From Octopus vulgaris (Eukaryota): a stretch of DNA of 64,000 bases. The translations under genes and the position numbers were made by a program. The notes beneath the pieces were generated by a model. That model saw only the letters and a program-made list of their open reading frames with translations, made no database searches and had not been told where the DNA came from. The DNA is taken from assembly GCA_951406725.2 (NCBI GenBank), contig OX597814.1, forward strand, positions 53,568,001 through 53,632,000, written 5' to 3'. This document shows, piece after piece, positions 38,046 to 53,100 of this stretch; position 1 is the stretch's first letter; each line of letters starts with the position of its first letter.

Positions 38046-39157
38046 TCCTTATTTATATATATAAAAGAGGCTTTGTATCAAAATTGTGTGCACATTTTGC
38101 TACGTCAGAGGTTGGCGGCCCGACCAATGATCGGATCGAGCTGAAAATTGATACAGACATAGAAGGCGTGATGAAGCAGAGAGTTGGGTAGGTTAAAACT
38201 CGCCATCTGGAAAGATGCGGTTGCTATGGTGAGAAGAGTGACTTTTTATCTTTTCAAGGGGGCTCTAAGCCCCTCCAGATTGGCGCGATTGGCATCTAAT
38301 CTAATCTATAAAATGAAGAAGGTGAACGTTGATACAAATTGGATTTTTATGTAAAAAAAAAGGGGGGGTTCTAAATGGGGCTGGAAGGGGATTAAAATTT
38401 ATAGGAGGGATAACTTGAGGTGAGAAATTGATTGGAAGACGTTTTGGAGCACTACAGTGGTTGCTTTGCTGTGAAAATGGGGATTTTATTGATTTTTAGG
38501 GACACTTGGGGGTCTAGATTGGACATCTTTTGCCCGATTTCAATCAAATTTTCAACATGGTAAAGTGAAAGCAGATTTGTAATTTAAGCGCGGAAAATGG
38601 GTTCGAAATTTTGAAAATTAAGGCAAGATTTTTGAAGTTGAAAATATTTCTCATTTTTACGTATTTTTGCCCTTTATTTTTTAATGTTTACAGTTTTCCT
38701 TTTTTCTTAAAGAAATTTACAGCCGCATGTAGCCCGTGTTTAGAGCTTTCATTTGCATGGTCAGTCGTCGAAAAATTCCCAAAATAAGTACTAATTTTAA
38801 CTAAGAAATCCTTTTTTTTCATTATTAATCGCTCAAATAGTGGCACGTACAAAAGGCAAGTGTGTTTTCCGTTGTCACTGCCTGATATTTATGATTGATC
38901 TTTCAAAATATTTTCTTTCTCAACTTACTCAAGATCTTTTGTCTTTTATAAATGGGACAGAGATAGATAGAGGAAGATAGAGAGTAAGAGAAAGTGAGGG
39001 AGAGTCCGAGAGAAAGGAAGAGTATGAGAGTGTGAAAGTGAGAGAGAAAGGAGAGAGAAACAAAGAGGGAGAATGTTGCGATAAAAAACAGAAAGGAAGC
39101 AACAGAAAGTAACAACCACACCCTCACCCGCGCGTAGAGCGAGTCACCTTAATCTAG
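38046..39157 (+). mobile_element. Non-autonomous Helitron
   Basis: A|TC..tatatataaaag 5' end; imperfect GC hairpin 39126-39144 followed by CTAG|T; no TSD. Confidence 0.8.
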
Positions 39158-40039
39158 TATCATTCATAAAAGTTTCTATGTTTGCACCCACATCACCTTT
39201 GTGATGTATAAAGTATTCGTCATCGTACACAGAAATGAAATATTTATTATTATTATTACTGTTTTGTACTCATGCGCCTACATGTATTTTTTTTATCATG
39301 TACTTAGATATATTCTTATTATGTGAAATTACTTTTGCATACTTATCAGTACCAATTTTAATGTTTCATTGATTTGAATTTCTCATAACTAAAGCCTTAG
39401 CATAATTGCTTACTAATTTCTGTTTTTCAATGTCCACATCTAAATGGCTTTCCTTGGATTGGTGTGCGAGTTAAGAGATTGTTATGTTTATATTCTTTGT
39501 TGTAGCAGATATATAAGTTTCTACAAGCATATTAGTGTTTACATGCTGTTCATTTGTATCTGTACAGGTATACGTGATTTTTTTTTTTGTGTATGTGTGT
39601 GTGTGTGTTCGCATTTGTGTGAAAGAATGAATGTGTTTTATGTGGTTTGGCCTCTCAACTTATTTTATTAACATATTTCCGTTAGTCTGAAATTGTTTTA
39701 ATTATTTCCTTTACCCTCCACCTTCCGTTTCAAAATTTAACTGACTCTATGTAATGCTTAAATAATTACCAGAAAACCTGTTTCTTTTTATTAACTAGAG
39801 GGCTAATAATTATTTTTAATCTATTGCATAAGCTTAAAGCTAATTATTATTTGTATGATATAGCATAAACTTAATTAGGTATATATAATGTTAATGGCTT
39901 GCTTCATCCATAGCTGGTTATAACACTACACACACATACATACGTATGTATTCTTCAAATTTTTTTTTTTTTAATTATTGTAATAATCGTTTTTCATGCT
40001 ATTTTGCTGTATTAATAAAGATTGTCAAAGTAACATCCT

Positions 40040-40240
40040 TTCTACTGTGGACTCAAGGCTTAAAATTGTGGGAGGACCGGGATGGTTGATTACATTGACT
40101 CCAGAGCATAACTGGTTCTTATTTCATCGACCCCGAAAGAATGAAAGACAAAGCTGAACTCGACGGAATTTGAACTCAGAACATCAAAACAGGCGGAATG
40201 CCGCAAAGCATTTTGCTCGGCGTGCAAACAGATCTGCCTT
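40040..40240 (-). mobile_element. Deu/Nin-domain SINE
   Basis: atcgaccccgaaagaatgaaag...ggaatttgaactcagaac. Confidence 0.85.
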
Positions 40241-40987
40241 TAGATTGTCAATGTAATATCTGCATGCAAAATGAGTACACTCTATATAATGTAAGAAATA
40301 GAAAATGATGTCAGGATTGTCGTGTGTTCGCTGGAAATCAATCTTCACGTAACAAGTATTTTTCTATTGTTACTTCTGAGACAATTTGAGTTTTGTATGA
40401 GTAGCGTTATGAGTTTTCACTAAGAAGTTGGAACTGAACGCCTAGATAAACAATATGCAGCAACGTTATTGCTGTGTCTCCACTTATATATTAAAGTTGC
40501 TGATAAAATAGATTCCTTCAAGAAACTGGTTATATCAGTGACATTTATCATTCATGCTATAGCATTTATAAATGCTTTTTTTTTTTCAAGATATTAGAAA
40601 TACATCATAAAAATATGCTTTATTAGAGTTAATTCATCCATATGAATTGTTCATATTGGGATATATTTATTTCAAGATATTTCTGAGAAGCAATCCATAA
40701 ACATTGGTCATTTTACGAGCGCACTGTTAGAGATACAAATCACATGAAAAATAATACGTAAGGTACTTTAATATATTTAATGTCATAAAGAGACACACTA
40801 GAACTAAATTCGTAGTGCCAACAAAATAAAAACTATGTCAAGAATCAATATATTTTCTGTTCGCCTTTTAGCTTTATAGTTTATGCATTAAAAATAGTAA
40901 CTATAACTTATGCGTAGTTGACGTCCCTGAATTATTAATTTCTCAAGGATTATATTTCCTACGCCAATAACTGGTACAATTTTGCAT

Positions 40988-41388
40988 ACTCTTTTACTCT
41001 TTTATACGTGTCAGTCATTTGACTGCGGCCATGCTGGAGCACCAGCTTTAGTCGAACAAATCGACCCCAGAACTTATACTTTATAAGCCTAGTACTTATT
41101 CTATCGGTCTCCTTTGTCGAACCGCTAGGTTACGGGAAACATAAACACATTAACATCGGTTGTCAAGCGATGGTAAGGGGACAAGCACAGACACAAAGAC
41201 ACACGCACATAAATATATATACATATATACGACGGGCTTCTTTCAGTTTCCGTCTACAAAATCCACTCACAAGACTTTGGTCGGCCTGAGGCTATAGTAG
41301 AAGACACTTGACCAAAGTGCCACGTAGTAGGACTGAACCCAAAACCATGTGGCTGGGAAGCAAGCTGCTTACCACACAGCCACGCTGC
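40988..41388 (-). mobile_element. Full-length CORE-type SINE
   Basis: tRNA-like head, CORE-like ggcactttggtcaagtgtct, internal microsatellite, (AAAGAGTA) tail. Confidence 0.88.
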
Positions 41389-42210
41389 ATGTTTATTATG
41401 TGACTATATTGGTCACTATATTGGCAAATACTTTTCACTGATAAGAACAAAATAAGACTTAAACGTACTTGGGGTCATTTCATGTACTTGCTGAAAATAG
41501 AAAAAATGTTAGTCGTCGACTAACATGGTTTTATTTTTTCACATCGAATATTTATTAAGTTAACAGTTAACGTTCCATATGTTAAATATCTTAACGCTAA
41601 TTTATTAATTGTTTTACAAGCAGATGTTTATCAGAAAGTATTTAATCTCTAAAGAATTTTATTTCCCTATCTAGATAAATATACTATATTGCATATTTAT
41701 TCAGTGATTCTTTCATCGCTAATTTGGCAAGCAGAGTGAAAGCTATATTTCTCAGTTGAGGCCAGAGAAAGTTCAAAATATGTCCGGTATTGTCCCACAT
41801 ATTAGAAGAGAGAAATGAGAAAGAAAATAATATTAATTATAAATAAGTACCATGTGTTTCTCCTCGCCACATATTTGTTTTTAATTACTTTTTATTTTAT
41901 TTAAATATTCCTTGCATTAAATGTATCAACAAGAACTTCCATTATTTCAATGTTTTTATGATCCCCACTTGTCATTTTACAGTTTAGTTATGACACTGCA
42001 TTGGCAATATATCTCAGTAATAAAACCAACCCAATTTTGCAGCTGCACAGATGATTCATTCGTACACATCAAGTTTTCTTTGTTGGTTTAAAAGGCAATA
42101 CACTACTTAGTAATTGCTTTTAAAAACAAAAATCTATTCTTGGCAATCAGCAGTTCCTTACCACCGTAACTTACTCTTAACCTAATTAAAAATGTTATGC
42201 CACGACAAAA

Positions 42211-42249
<39 letters not shown>

Positions 42250-43248
42250 TGGCCTAATGTTAATTTTAGAAAATATCGTTATCATCATTGTCGTCGCCGT
42301 GCTGACGTCATCATTGTCGTCATCGTCGTTGTCATCGACGTCCTGGTTAACATAATTTTATGCTGATCATATTAAATCTGGGGATTTAATGACCACAATT
42401 CCCCACAGCTACCAGGGGTCTTGTGAACGTCTCTAACAAATAAGATACTTTGTCTAGTTATGCTTCCGATAGTGGGAGATGCTTTCCCGTTCGAAATAAA
42501 TTCTACAAGCACGGCTCTGTCTTAATATACACAGAGCGACGAAAACGTTCTCCACGTACACGTTCGGCGTCCGAACATTATTGGCTTGTTTAGTTACATG
42601 AGAGCAGTCATGGTAATTATGATGGACCCCACTGTTAGCAAATCTGATCTTACCAGGGTGTCGATTTCTGACCCCTTATGTGAAATGTCTTAATTTACTA
42701 AATTTTTAACCTGGTTTACAGTCTTAAATTGATTTCCCCGCTTGCTGATCATTGTCCATGTACATCCCTACATTGTTTACAAACTTTCTCTATGATGTGT
42801 TTCTGTTTTAAAACGGACTACTTTAATTATAAGAAGAGGTGTCACATTGGTTATAGCTGTCACAGTGGCGAAAAATTTAGGCATTTTTCCTTCTTTTTTT
42901 TTCAAAAGCAAAAAATATAAAATAAAAAATAAACTTTTAAAAGAATACAAGGAAACGATTAAATAGTTTGGAAAATTCAAGTACAAGCACAACCACCGAA
43001 GACTAATGTCGATATTCATAAAAACATTTTACTGATTAACAGAAAATTTCTTACTGCAATGCTTCAGCCTTCTACCCGTAAATGTGCTGTCGCCTGTTTG
43101 TCTTTTTCTATTGCTGCTATAATTGCATCTACTCCTATGAGCTGATTAGGCTCATACCCACTCCACTTAGGTATTCCCCTTCCCACTCTTCTCTCCTGTT
43201 ATTACCTTTGTTGTGCCTAATCCTACAATACTCCGCACTAACCATTTT

Positions 43249-43552
43249 GTGGAGGCACATGGCCTAGTGGTTAGAGCAGCGGACTCGTGGTCGAGGGATC
43301 GCGGGTTCCAATCTCAGACCGGCCGATGTGTGTGTTTATGAGCGAAACACCTAAGCTCCACGCGGCTCCGGCAGAAGGTAATGGCGAACTTCTGCTGACT
43401 CTTTCGCCACAACTTTCTCTCACTCTTTCCTCCTGCATCATGCAGCTCACCTGCGACGGACCGGCATCCCGTCCAGGTGGGGAACCTATACGCTAAAGAA
43501 ACGGGGAAACCGTCTCTTATGAACCAGGCATGGCTCGAGAAGGAACAACTAA
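43249..43552 (+). mobile_element. Full-length V-domain-like tRNA SINE
   Basis: A box tggcctagtgg, B box gggttccaatc, cctgcgacggaccggcatcccgtccagg. Confidence 0.9.
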
Positions 43553-43779
43553 CCATTTTACCTTGTTCCTTCTTCCCACAACATTGTTCTACCATATCTT
43601 ACCCAAAACTGTTGAATTACAAAGTTTCAAGAGGAATATTAATGATATCAAACTCACCGGTCTCCAGCAAGTAAAAATATAAGTATAAGCAATAACATAA
43701 GAAGCATCACCACAACCGGCAGAATCATCAACATCTACAAATGTTAATATCTTGCTACCGTTGCGTAACACAGAGAATT

Positions 43780-44400
43780 GGTGGATATAAACCAGCACCA
43801 GAAATAAGGAAAAACAACTAGAAGAACTACGTCGCATGAGACAAAACCACTTTAGCCAAAGATTTTATTCAAAAATTGCCAGAAGAAAAGTGGTAGCATA
43901 CTTATGTTTTGCCAAAAATTGTGGAGACCCATAACCCCTCAAACAGGAGTTAGATACAACTCGAGCCGACTTTATGGGAAGAGCAAGGAGGACATAGGGA
44001 GTGTATGCTTGATATTAAGAACTTTCTTAAGTCTCAAGCACTCATTGTGGTCAGAAGATAGATAGATCTTGTGCAGTACAAGACTTATCATAAACTGGCT
44101 CTGCGCTATATGAGCAAGAAAAATCCAAGATTTATGACTCAAGATATCAATGCTGACATGAAATTTTGGTTCATTAACACCCTTGCGTAACACTACAGTT
44201 AACTGGTGAGGAAAGAAGTAATCTACAACAGGTGGGTTAGTTGGAGTTGGCAGAGCCAACCAAGAAATAATCATATCCGAAAACGGGAAGGCTGTCTCAG
44301 ATACTTAGACAATTGCGGGAACGGAAACGGGGTGACTCAAACTGGTTATGCAGAGCAGAAAGGACCATTTACTGCATGTATGGAAATAAAACCACGTAAG
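43780..44400 (+). mobile_element. R4/Dong-like non-LTR element, pre-RT region remnant
   Basis: RRMRQNHFSQRFYSKI, LWEEQG and DMKFWFINTL resemble R4/Dong QNxxF..FY and NFWxK blocks. Confidence 0.45.
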
Positions 44401-44692
44401 AGATAAAGATGCTTCGTCTAAAAACCGGAGATCAACACGATGAAGCATCGAGAACACAAAGTCGTCCAGAGGCGCTACCATCCAGCCTGGCAATCTTGTG
44501 GTGGTGAAAGGCTAACATAATACTTATTCCCTTCCTGCCTCATTTCCACATGTTTGCTTTCATAACGTCTTCTATGTATGACTGGATCCATGTTGTAATA
44601 ATCGAAATCATCATCAACATCATTCATCACCATCATCATCATTATCATCAACAACAACAACAGTTATCATCATCAACATCACCATCATTATT

Positions 44693-44866
44693 GGTCGTCT
44701 CGCCTCAATGACTTGGTCGCACTGCATGTTAAAATCCCGGAGTATTTTGTAATGTTCGTTTTCCATTACCCCTTCTGGCTTGTGTTTATACCATTGCTCG
44801 GTTTTCTCGAAGTTTGCTCTCTCGAAGTTTGCAACAGCCAGTGGACATATCTGGTCACACTGTCGT
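44693..44866 (-). mobile_element. R4/Dong restriction-like endonuclease fragment
   Basis: DSVTRYVHWL...QWYKHKPEGVMENEHYKILRDFNMQCDQVIEARRP, matching the WYxHxP..KILWDF..RRPD motif. Confidence 0.85.
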
Positions 44867-45140
<274 letters not shown>

Positions 45141-45355
45141 ACGGCGAGCTGGCAGAAGCGTTAGCTCCCAGGACGAAATGCTTAGCGATGTTTCGCCCGT
45201 TGCTACGTTCTGAGTTCAAATTGCGCCGAGGTCCACTTTGTCTTTCATCCTTTCGGGGTCGATAAATTTAGTACCAGTGAACCTCTGGGGTCGATGTAAT
45301 CGACTAGTCCCCTCTCTACCAAACTTCAGATCGTATGTTTTCAGACATAAGAAAG
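45141..45355 (+). mobile_element. Deu/Nin-domain SINE
   Basis: ggcgagctggcagaagcgttag...tcctttcggggtcgataaa. Confidence 0.88.
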
Positions 45356-45696
45356 GATTGTTATTATTATTATTGTTTTTACTGGATTTTACTATGTCAA
45401 CACTAATTTCTCACTACTTCCCTTTGGATTTACAATTTGTTGACACTTCAGCGTTGCTGATTTTTATTTTTTTTTGTCAACATTACTGTCAAGCGTGCTG
45501 AACAAATATGTTTCTTTTTTTCTTTTCTTTTTTATTATACATTTGGGGGTTAAATTCATTTAACTTTTTTATTCTCTTCTTTTTTTTTTCCTTATACTCT
45601 TTCTGCTTCGCTTCATGCAAAAATGTTTGCAATATGAGTGACGTTATGAAAGTAAGCGGCAATTTCGATAACTGTGGTGTCTTCCATGTACGCGCG

Positions 45697-45737
<41 letters not shown>

Positions 45738-46454
45738 TCTTTATCGGATGAAAATTTTTTGAATATTTTTGATAGTACAAACAATTCTGATATTTTGGGA
45801 AATAACACTGATATAACAGACATTGATAATTTTCAGTTCAAACGTCTGCTGAATGCAGAATGCAAGACTTTCAATAGTTAAGAATTTTAAACTAAAATAT
45901 CATCAGAAAAAGGCTTTTGTTGTTGGTAGAGTCGATGTTACTTCACAGATTAACGTGATCCTTGAGAGATCTACTGGGGACGACTTACATTTCGTGCAAT
46001 ACCTCGAAGAGAGGGATAGTTGTATACGGGATTTTGGCGGGATCTGGAGCAATTTTCATCAATCTAAAGCATTGTCATAGCAGCATCGAGTAGAAAGCTG
46101 CAGATATAGATAGACGGTCTCCCATCAGAACTGCTTTGATCTTACTGTCAGTTTTCCATGGGCTGTCCTTTTCATCGATCTTTTACCACTGTACGAAACT
46201 TTGATGTCTTTAGAGGGATTCCTTTCAGATGTGGAAATAAGCGAGCCCTGTATTCGTACGTGATGATGTCATAGGTAATACTTTATAGCATAGTGGAGAT
46301 CGAGGTTGAAGAATATGGGAATAAATTTTCTGTAAAGAGGGTTGAGAATGGGAGACTGGAGGATTAGTGGATAGGTACCACGTGCAAAGAGTAGAAGCAG
46401 ATGGATATTGAGTAGCCATATATTCTTTGCTTCATTAAGCATGTCTGTTTGTAA

Positions 46455-46668
46455 TATTGGTCTCAAATTTTGGCACAAAGCCACCAACCTCGGGGGTTGG
46501 GGATAAGCCGATTACATTGACCCCCAGTGTTCAACTGGTGTTTATTTTACCGACCCGAAAGGGTGAATGGCAAAGTGGACCCGGTGGGTCCACTTTGCAT
46601 AAAGACGGACGAAATGTGGCTAAGCATTTTGCCCGGTGCGCTAATGGTTCTCTCAGCTCGCTGCCTTA
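46455..46668 (-). mobile_element. Deu/Nin-domain SINE
   Basis: caaattttggcacaaagcc...gaccccagtgttcaactgg...taagcattttgcccgg. Confidence 0.85.
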
Positions 46669-47487
46669 CAGTATTTAGTTACGTCATTTTATGTTTCGTA
46701 AATTCAAACCCTGTCGTGCTCGACTTTGCTTTTCATACTTCTGGGATCAATAAAATCCTGAAACTGGTTTTAATATTTTCAACACTCAAACTGTGTGGAG
46801 CTGAAAAGAAGAGAGAAACTTCTGTTGTTTATTACTTCCTTAGAATTAGTAACAACACCAGTAACACCGTGCAACTGATCAGAATATTGTTTTTATATAA
46901 ACACAGCGTTTACGAATCGTATGCATTCCGGCAGTTAATATCTTCAGATTAACAGCATTTTCAAAGATGGCAGCTAATTTCAATTTTTTTTTTAATGCTC
47001 TTCATGTTTACAGTGTAAACCACTTTCGTATGAACCATTGCATTCGATAAAAGCTATTTATTAATTTCACCATACACTGTCTTCTTTTAATGGCGTATTT
47101 ACAATAGCTTTATGGCTTCATATATATTCGGCAGTAAATTAAGATCCGGCGGTAAAGCCATCCAAAAATAGGCTTCTGTATTTGCGGATATATGTATCTA
47201 TACTCTTTATTTACGCGTGTATTAAATTTAGTATGTGTAGGCGTACATCTTTCTGTGGGTATTTTTGATACTTACTAATGCGTTTCAGTTTAATTGGATT
47301 TATTAAGTGTTCTCCTCTTTGCACGTCTTAGTTTGTTGATATGACTCTGTGTACGCTTCTGACTGCCAACAATTATATAGTGTATGTAGTACGTGCATGT
47401 GTATGCTATCAATGCGAATGCTTTAAACGCATCTGTCTTCCTTCTCTATAGTGGCATGCCAACATCTTTACGTATAAATATATGTAC

Positions 47488-47870
47488 AGAGGCGTAGGTG
47501 TAGCTGTGTGGTAAAAAGTTTGCTTTCCAGCCACATTGTTCCGATTTCAGTCCCACTGCATGGCACCTTGGGCAAGTATCTTTTACTATAGCCTCGAGTC
47601 GATCAAAGCCTTATAGATGGATTTGGTAGACGGAAACTGAAAGAAACTCGTCGTGTGTGTGGTGTATGTGTGTGTATGTGTGTCTGTATGTGTTCGTGTC
47701 TGTGATTTCCCACACCACCGCATGGTGTATTTGCGTCCCCGTAAGTTAGCAGTTCAGCATACGGGACCGAAGGAATAGCACCAGGATTAAGATAAAAATA
47801 AGTATTGAGGTCAATTCGTTTGACTGAAACTCTTCGAGGCCCTGCCCCAGCATGGCCGCAGTCCATTAAA
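47488..47870 (+). mobile_element. CORE-type SINE
   Basis: ggcgtaggtgtagctgtgtggt head; CORE-like ggcaccttgggcaagt. Confidence 0.88.
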
Positions 47871-47909
47871 AAGTATAGGTCTGATTCTGTAGATACTGAA
47901 TATATTGTT

Positions 47910-47985
<76 letters not shown>

Positions 47986-47989
47986 ATCT

Positions 47990-48860
47990 TAAGAATAAAA
48001 ATTACGGTAGGAAAAATCCAATATTAATAAAGTTGATATTTAGAAAAGCGTATATATAAATAATAGAAAGAATAGATCAAGAAATATTATTTAGTATAAT
48101 GCACCATTCACATATTCAATAGCTACCGATATTCCTCGAAAATTCTTTGCTGCACTAGATAGGTATTTCCCACATTCAAGTAAATATTGGAAATTATTTA
48201 ATTGCCATAGTATAAAGTTTTCGTATTCAAAAACTAGAAATTTAGCTGAGATTACAGCAGCACTCATGGAACAGAGAATTACGGAATATCTCAATTTTGA
48301 ATCTATAAATCAGAGTAAAATAGATAATGTATATTGTAAATATCTAATGATAATCGTCTTGAGTTTCGATTTTTTAAGTAATTACGACTCTGAAAATACA
48401 GTTATATTATCGCCTAGCTTTAATATTAATTGTTGTAATAATCCCGCCATAACACCTAATTCTGAGAGGAGGACTAGTAGAAAATTCTTTTAACTATGAG
48501 TACCAAATACAAGTGAATAAATGCCTGTATAATTCTAAAAACAAACTGTATGCCGTTTAGAAAATCAGTCCTTAAGGGAAAATATAATCTGTCGATGTAA
48601 GATAATAACAGGAGCTCGTAAGTATTATTACATTGGTTCATCTGCTGCAATTTCGAAATCTAGATTTCATAATCAGTGTCATTCATTTAAGTATAGAAGA
48701 AAAAGTAATTCTACAAATCTTAGTAAATGGTATTGGTCTTGAAAAAGCATTTCTATAGAGGTATGGGACTAAAAAACTCAGAAGTATTAGTAGCAGACAA
48801 TATTACTGAGCTTTTTACATTATATGCTTGCCTTTTTATGATGAGTACCGCAGTATTGAG
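47990..48860 (+). mobile_element. Decayed Penelope/Poseidon-type PLE
   Basis: YNAPFTYSIATDIPRKFFAALDRYFP..LFNCHSIKFSYS; GIY-YIG-like NIICRCKII..YYYIGSS..KSRFHN. Confidence 0.8.
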
Positions 48861-49990
48861 GCTTTCTACAGTATATCCACGTTAAGTAAGATATGCAGAT
48901 TGCTATTATGTACTATACTGCTTCCGTCGCTAATACTGACTGTGTGTGGGTGTGTTTGTGTATGCACGTGTGTGCATGTATATGTGTGTGAGTTTGGGTC
49001 TGTGACTGTTTCCCCACAATCATTTGAAAACTGATGTTGGTCTGTGTACGTTTCCATAAATTAGCGGTTCGGCAAATGAGGCTGACAGAATAAGCACAAG
49101 ACTTTAAAAATAAGTACTACGGTCATTCAATTTTACTAACACTTACCTATTTTCCATTACATTTCAGACAGACTCAGAGCTGAGTTGCTGAAGCAACTAT
49201 ATCATTATAGCAAATATTCTGCTCAGTACCACAGTCTGCTTGTCATTTTCTTGACCTTAACCACTTGAGCATGTCTCTTAGTGGCTGACAATATGTGCAT
49301 CTCTGATCATGAGCAGGAGTAGCAGGGAGCATCAGAGCCATGTGTTGAGAGGAATTGGGGTTTGAATAAATGTAACAAAATCAAAGATTGAAGGACATAA
49401 CAGTTGCTGCCCAAGGACAATAATTACCCACAGTGTAATTCACAATCTATCACTCTGCATCACTATTTTCTATCCTTTTCCCAATGTATTTTTTATCATT
49501 CTCACATCTACCACCATTACTATAACAGAAACACTTTTATTCGTTATTGCGATATGTATATGCGCATTAACTAAAAGTTCTATTATATTTCGTTTGATTT
49601 AACTTTTCATATAAAGTAAGAAATATATTTCGCTTTGTGTTTTGGTGGGTTTACTTTTTCATATTTTTGATGGGTTTACTTTTTCATATTTTTGATGCGT
49701 ACTCATAAAGGATTCTGAAAGGCGCTGAATAAATACGGTTTGACAGCTGAATATGTTTGGTTTAATTGGGATTTAAAAACATTTAACCACACATCATTTC
49801 TGGTACGCTGAAAGAAGAAATAAAGAAATGAATGTCTCGTATGAGTATATTGGATAGACTACATGTTGATTCTATTTCAGAAAGCTGTAAATCCAAAGAT
49901 GATTGTGCAAAATAATTAGGCAGATAGAAACAGAGAGAAAAAATAAAACATTTCACAAACTTGCACATACATTATTATGCATATATTTGT

Positions 49991-50039
<49 letters not shown>

Positions 50040-50051
50040 GTATACATATAT

Positions 50052-50089
<38 letters not shown>

Positions 50090-50145
50090 CTTGTATATGT
50101 ACACACACACATATATACAGAGACAGTTAGGCAGATAGATAGATG

Positions 50146-50236
<91 letters not shown>

Positions 50237-50421
50237 TGATTGATTGATAGATAGATAGATAGAAAAAACATACACAAATAAATTGCTTATTAATATTTAG
50301 CAGAAACAACAGTGACACAAGGGCCAAGAGTTTCGTGCGTTGGCACTTATCAAACTAGCATCATCAAACCTATATACATATGTATGTATATAGTGTATCT
50401 GTGTGTGTGTGTGTGTGTGTG

Positions 50422-50510
<89 letters not shown>

Positions 50511-50840
50511 AAACGTGTGTGTATATACATATACATGTATATATGTATGTATGTTCCTTTAGGAATAATGTTATTTTCCTTTGCAGAATTCAAGCCAGTC
50601 ATTAAAAAGAAGGCACGCCTCTTTTGTTTAATTGGAAAGAAGGGCATCCAGTCAAATTATTTTAATTCAATCATATAGAATGTAATTATGCGTTTGTGAG
50701 CCATCTGGATTGAAGACTAAATATATCATCAGAACAGCGTTTCTTACTCTGCAACTACTGCAGAGATCTGTGTTACATAATCATGCGCATACATTTTGAC
50801 TTATACACACATGCGTGCATATATGTCTGCAATTATGCAT

Positions 50841-51120
<280 letters not shown>

Positions 51121-51136
51121 TATATATATATATATA

Positions 51137-52256
51137 CTTGATGGCTGCCCCCTCGTTATTGAGTATGGCCATTGCACGAAGCTTAACTGTTATTGGTACT
51201 GTGATCGAATGTGACTTTTATTTGCTTTTTAAGGCTACAGCCAACCATTCAGTTGAGACTCACAGCACCATCAACAATCATGAACAATGTTGTTATCGTG
51301 CAATGCCTGTGTAAGAAGATTTTTTTTTAAAGTGAGGAAAGGCTGTGCACTGAGTCAATCCCACTCACTAAGCAACAGCAGCCATAATCCGAAAAGAAGA
51401 ACAAGTCAACATCATCGGTAACTACTAAGCCGCAGGTTTTATGTCGAAGTTATCCCAGTAATCTGAGTTACCTTCTCCTAGAAGGATGCCCTAACAAAGG
51501 CTAGGAGTCCTTTACTCCCAATGGTTTAACCGCGTGATTGAGTATTCAGCCCGATTATTTCTATGTCCCTGCGCATAATACAGCCTTAAGCCTTAAGAGA
51601 AAAAGAAAATACACATTTATCGGATGGCCGTTGACTCTCAAAATACATTTGTTTATACATACATTTGTTTATACCTTTCAGACTGCTTCTCATTCATATT
51701 AAAATTTATTGTGTGGTTTGAAACGATGGGACATACCAGCATATGGTTCTCGCATCATGTTGCATATAGTCATAGACAGCGATTTAGTTTGCATCTGGCC
51801 TCATTTCGAGTACTTGGTATTGACAAGTCATAAAAATGACGAAACGTTAATGTCTACAGCTCCTGCAACGGGACCTGATACGAGTTAGCTCGCTTGGCTA
51901 TGAATTCCAGGTGTTTTAACATCAGGTGAACTGACGAGAAGATATCCTCTTGCGCCTATAAATCGCAGCCTGCCTACGAACTTGGCAAAACACTCCAACT
52001 ACTCTATACCTTTCAATGCCATGTATGACATAAGGTTTACAAATCTAACGGAGTCCTCAAAGGACATTTTAAGATCCACAAAGATCAGAACTTAACTACT
52101 GCTCTTTGTTGTCCAAATCAGATATGTAATCTATGTTTGTGTCTTTTTAATACATTGTCTGGTCTAAAAAGCCACATCAGACGCCATGATGAATCTAAGG
52201 TATGGCTACAAGAGGTGATCAAACTCTGCGTAAGGAGTAGACAACCAGCATATATA
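51137..52256 (+). mobile_element. RTE (BovB-like) internally deleted LINE with C-terminal C2H2 fingers
   Basis: RTE 5'UTR-like ttaccttctcctagaaggatg; FQCHV*HKVYKSNGVLKGHFKIH and CNLCLCLFNTLSGLKSHIRRH. Confidence 0.7.
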
Positions 52257-52585
52257 TTGAGTTGGCAAGAAAGTAATTTTTTTTCGCAAATAGACAGATT
52301 TACAATTTTTTTAATGACTTTTGTCAATGTTATTTTTATTTTTTTCCTTTTGACATTTGATAACCGTTACTTTTAGTTTACTTATTTCAGCTTCGATTTT
52401 AACACGGAGTCCAAAAATGAACATTTTCGCCATATTTTGCTTTTTTTTATTTCCGTAAAGGTAAGAAAGCTACTGAAGCTCACAAAGGGACATGTGAAGT
52501 TCACGGTGTTGATTGCTTAACAGAATGCACATGTGAAAAATGGTTTTAAAATTCCGTTCTGGGGATTTATAACTTAAGAGTTTGG

Positions 52586-52660
<75 letters not shown>

Positions 52661-52849
52661 ATGTATGTGCGTGTATGTATGTGTGTATGTATGTAAGTAT
52701 GTATGTATGTATGTATGATGTACATATATATATATATATGCATAAATATAAATACACACGTGTGTATATATATACATATACAGGCACCCACATATCTAGA
52801 TATATATAGGTGTGTGTATATGTATATATATACATATATAAAATAAATA

Positions 52850-53100
52850 AATGCGCCCTTTTTAGAGCCTAGCTAGGCACATGGGCCCGGTTTCCCGGTT
52901 TCTATGGTGTATGTGTTCCCCAGCTGGATGGTACGCCAGTCCATCGCAGCGTTTCTCATTTTTGCCAGCTGAGTGGACTGGAGCAACGTGAAATGAAGTG
53001 TTTTGCTCAAATACACAACGCGTCGCCCGCTTCAGGAATCGAAACTACAATCTTACGATCATGATTCTGACACCCTAACCACTAAGCCACGTGCCTCCAC
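52850..53100 (-). mobile_element. V-domain tRNA SINE (second subfamily)
   Basis: Minus strand gtggaggcacgtggcttagtgg head and ctgcgatggactggcgtaccatccag. Confidence 0.88.

Noticed and set aside
45870-46450. Possible CR1/Jockey RT remnant on the minus strand
   Set aside because: Only vague similarity; I could not read a diagnostic motif such as PQG or YADD.
52010-52195. Host C2H2 zinc-finger gene
   Set aside because: It contains a stop codon and lies at the C-terminus of an RTE remnant followed by an RTE-type tail.
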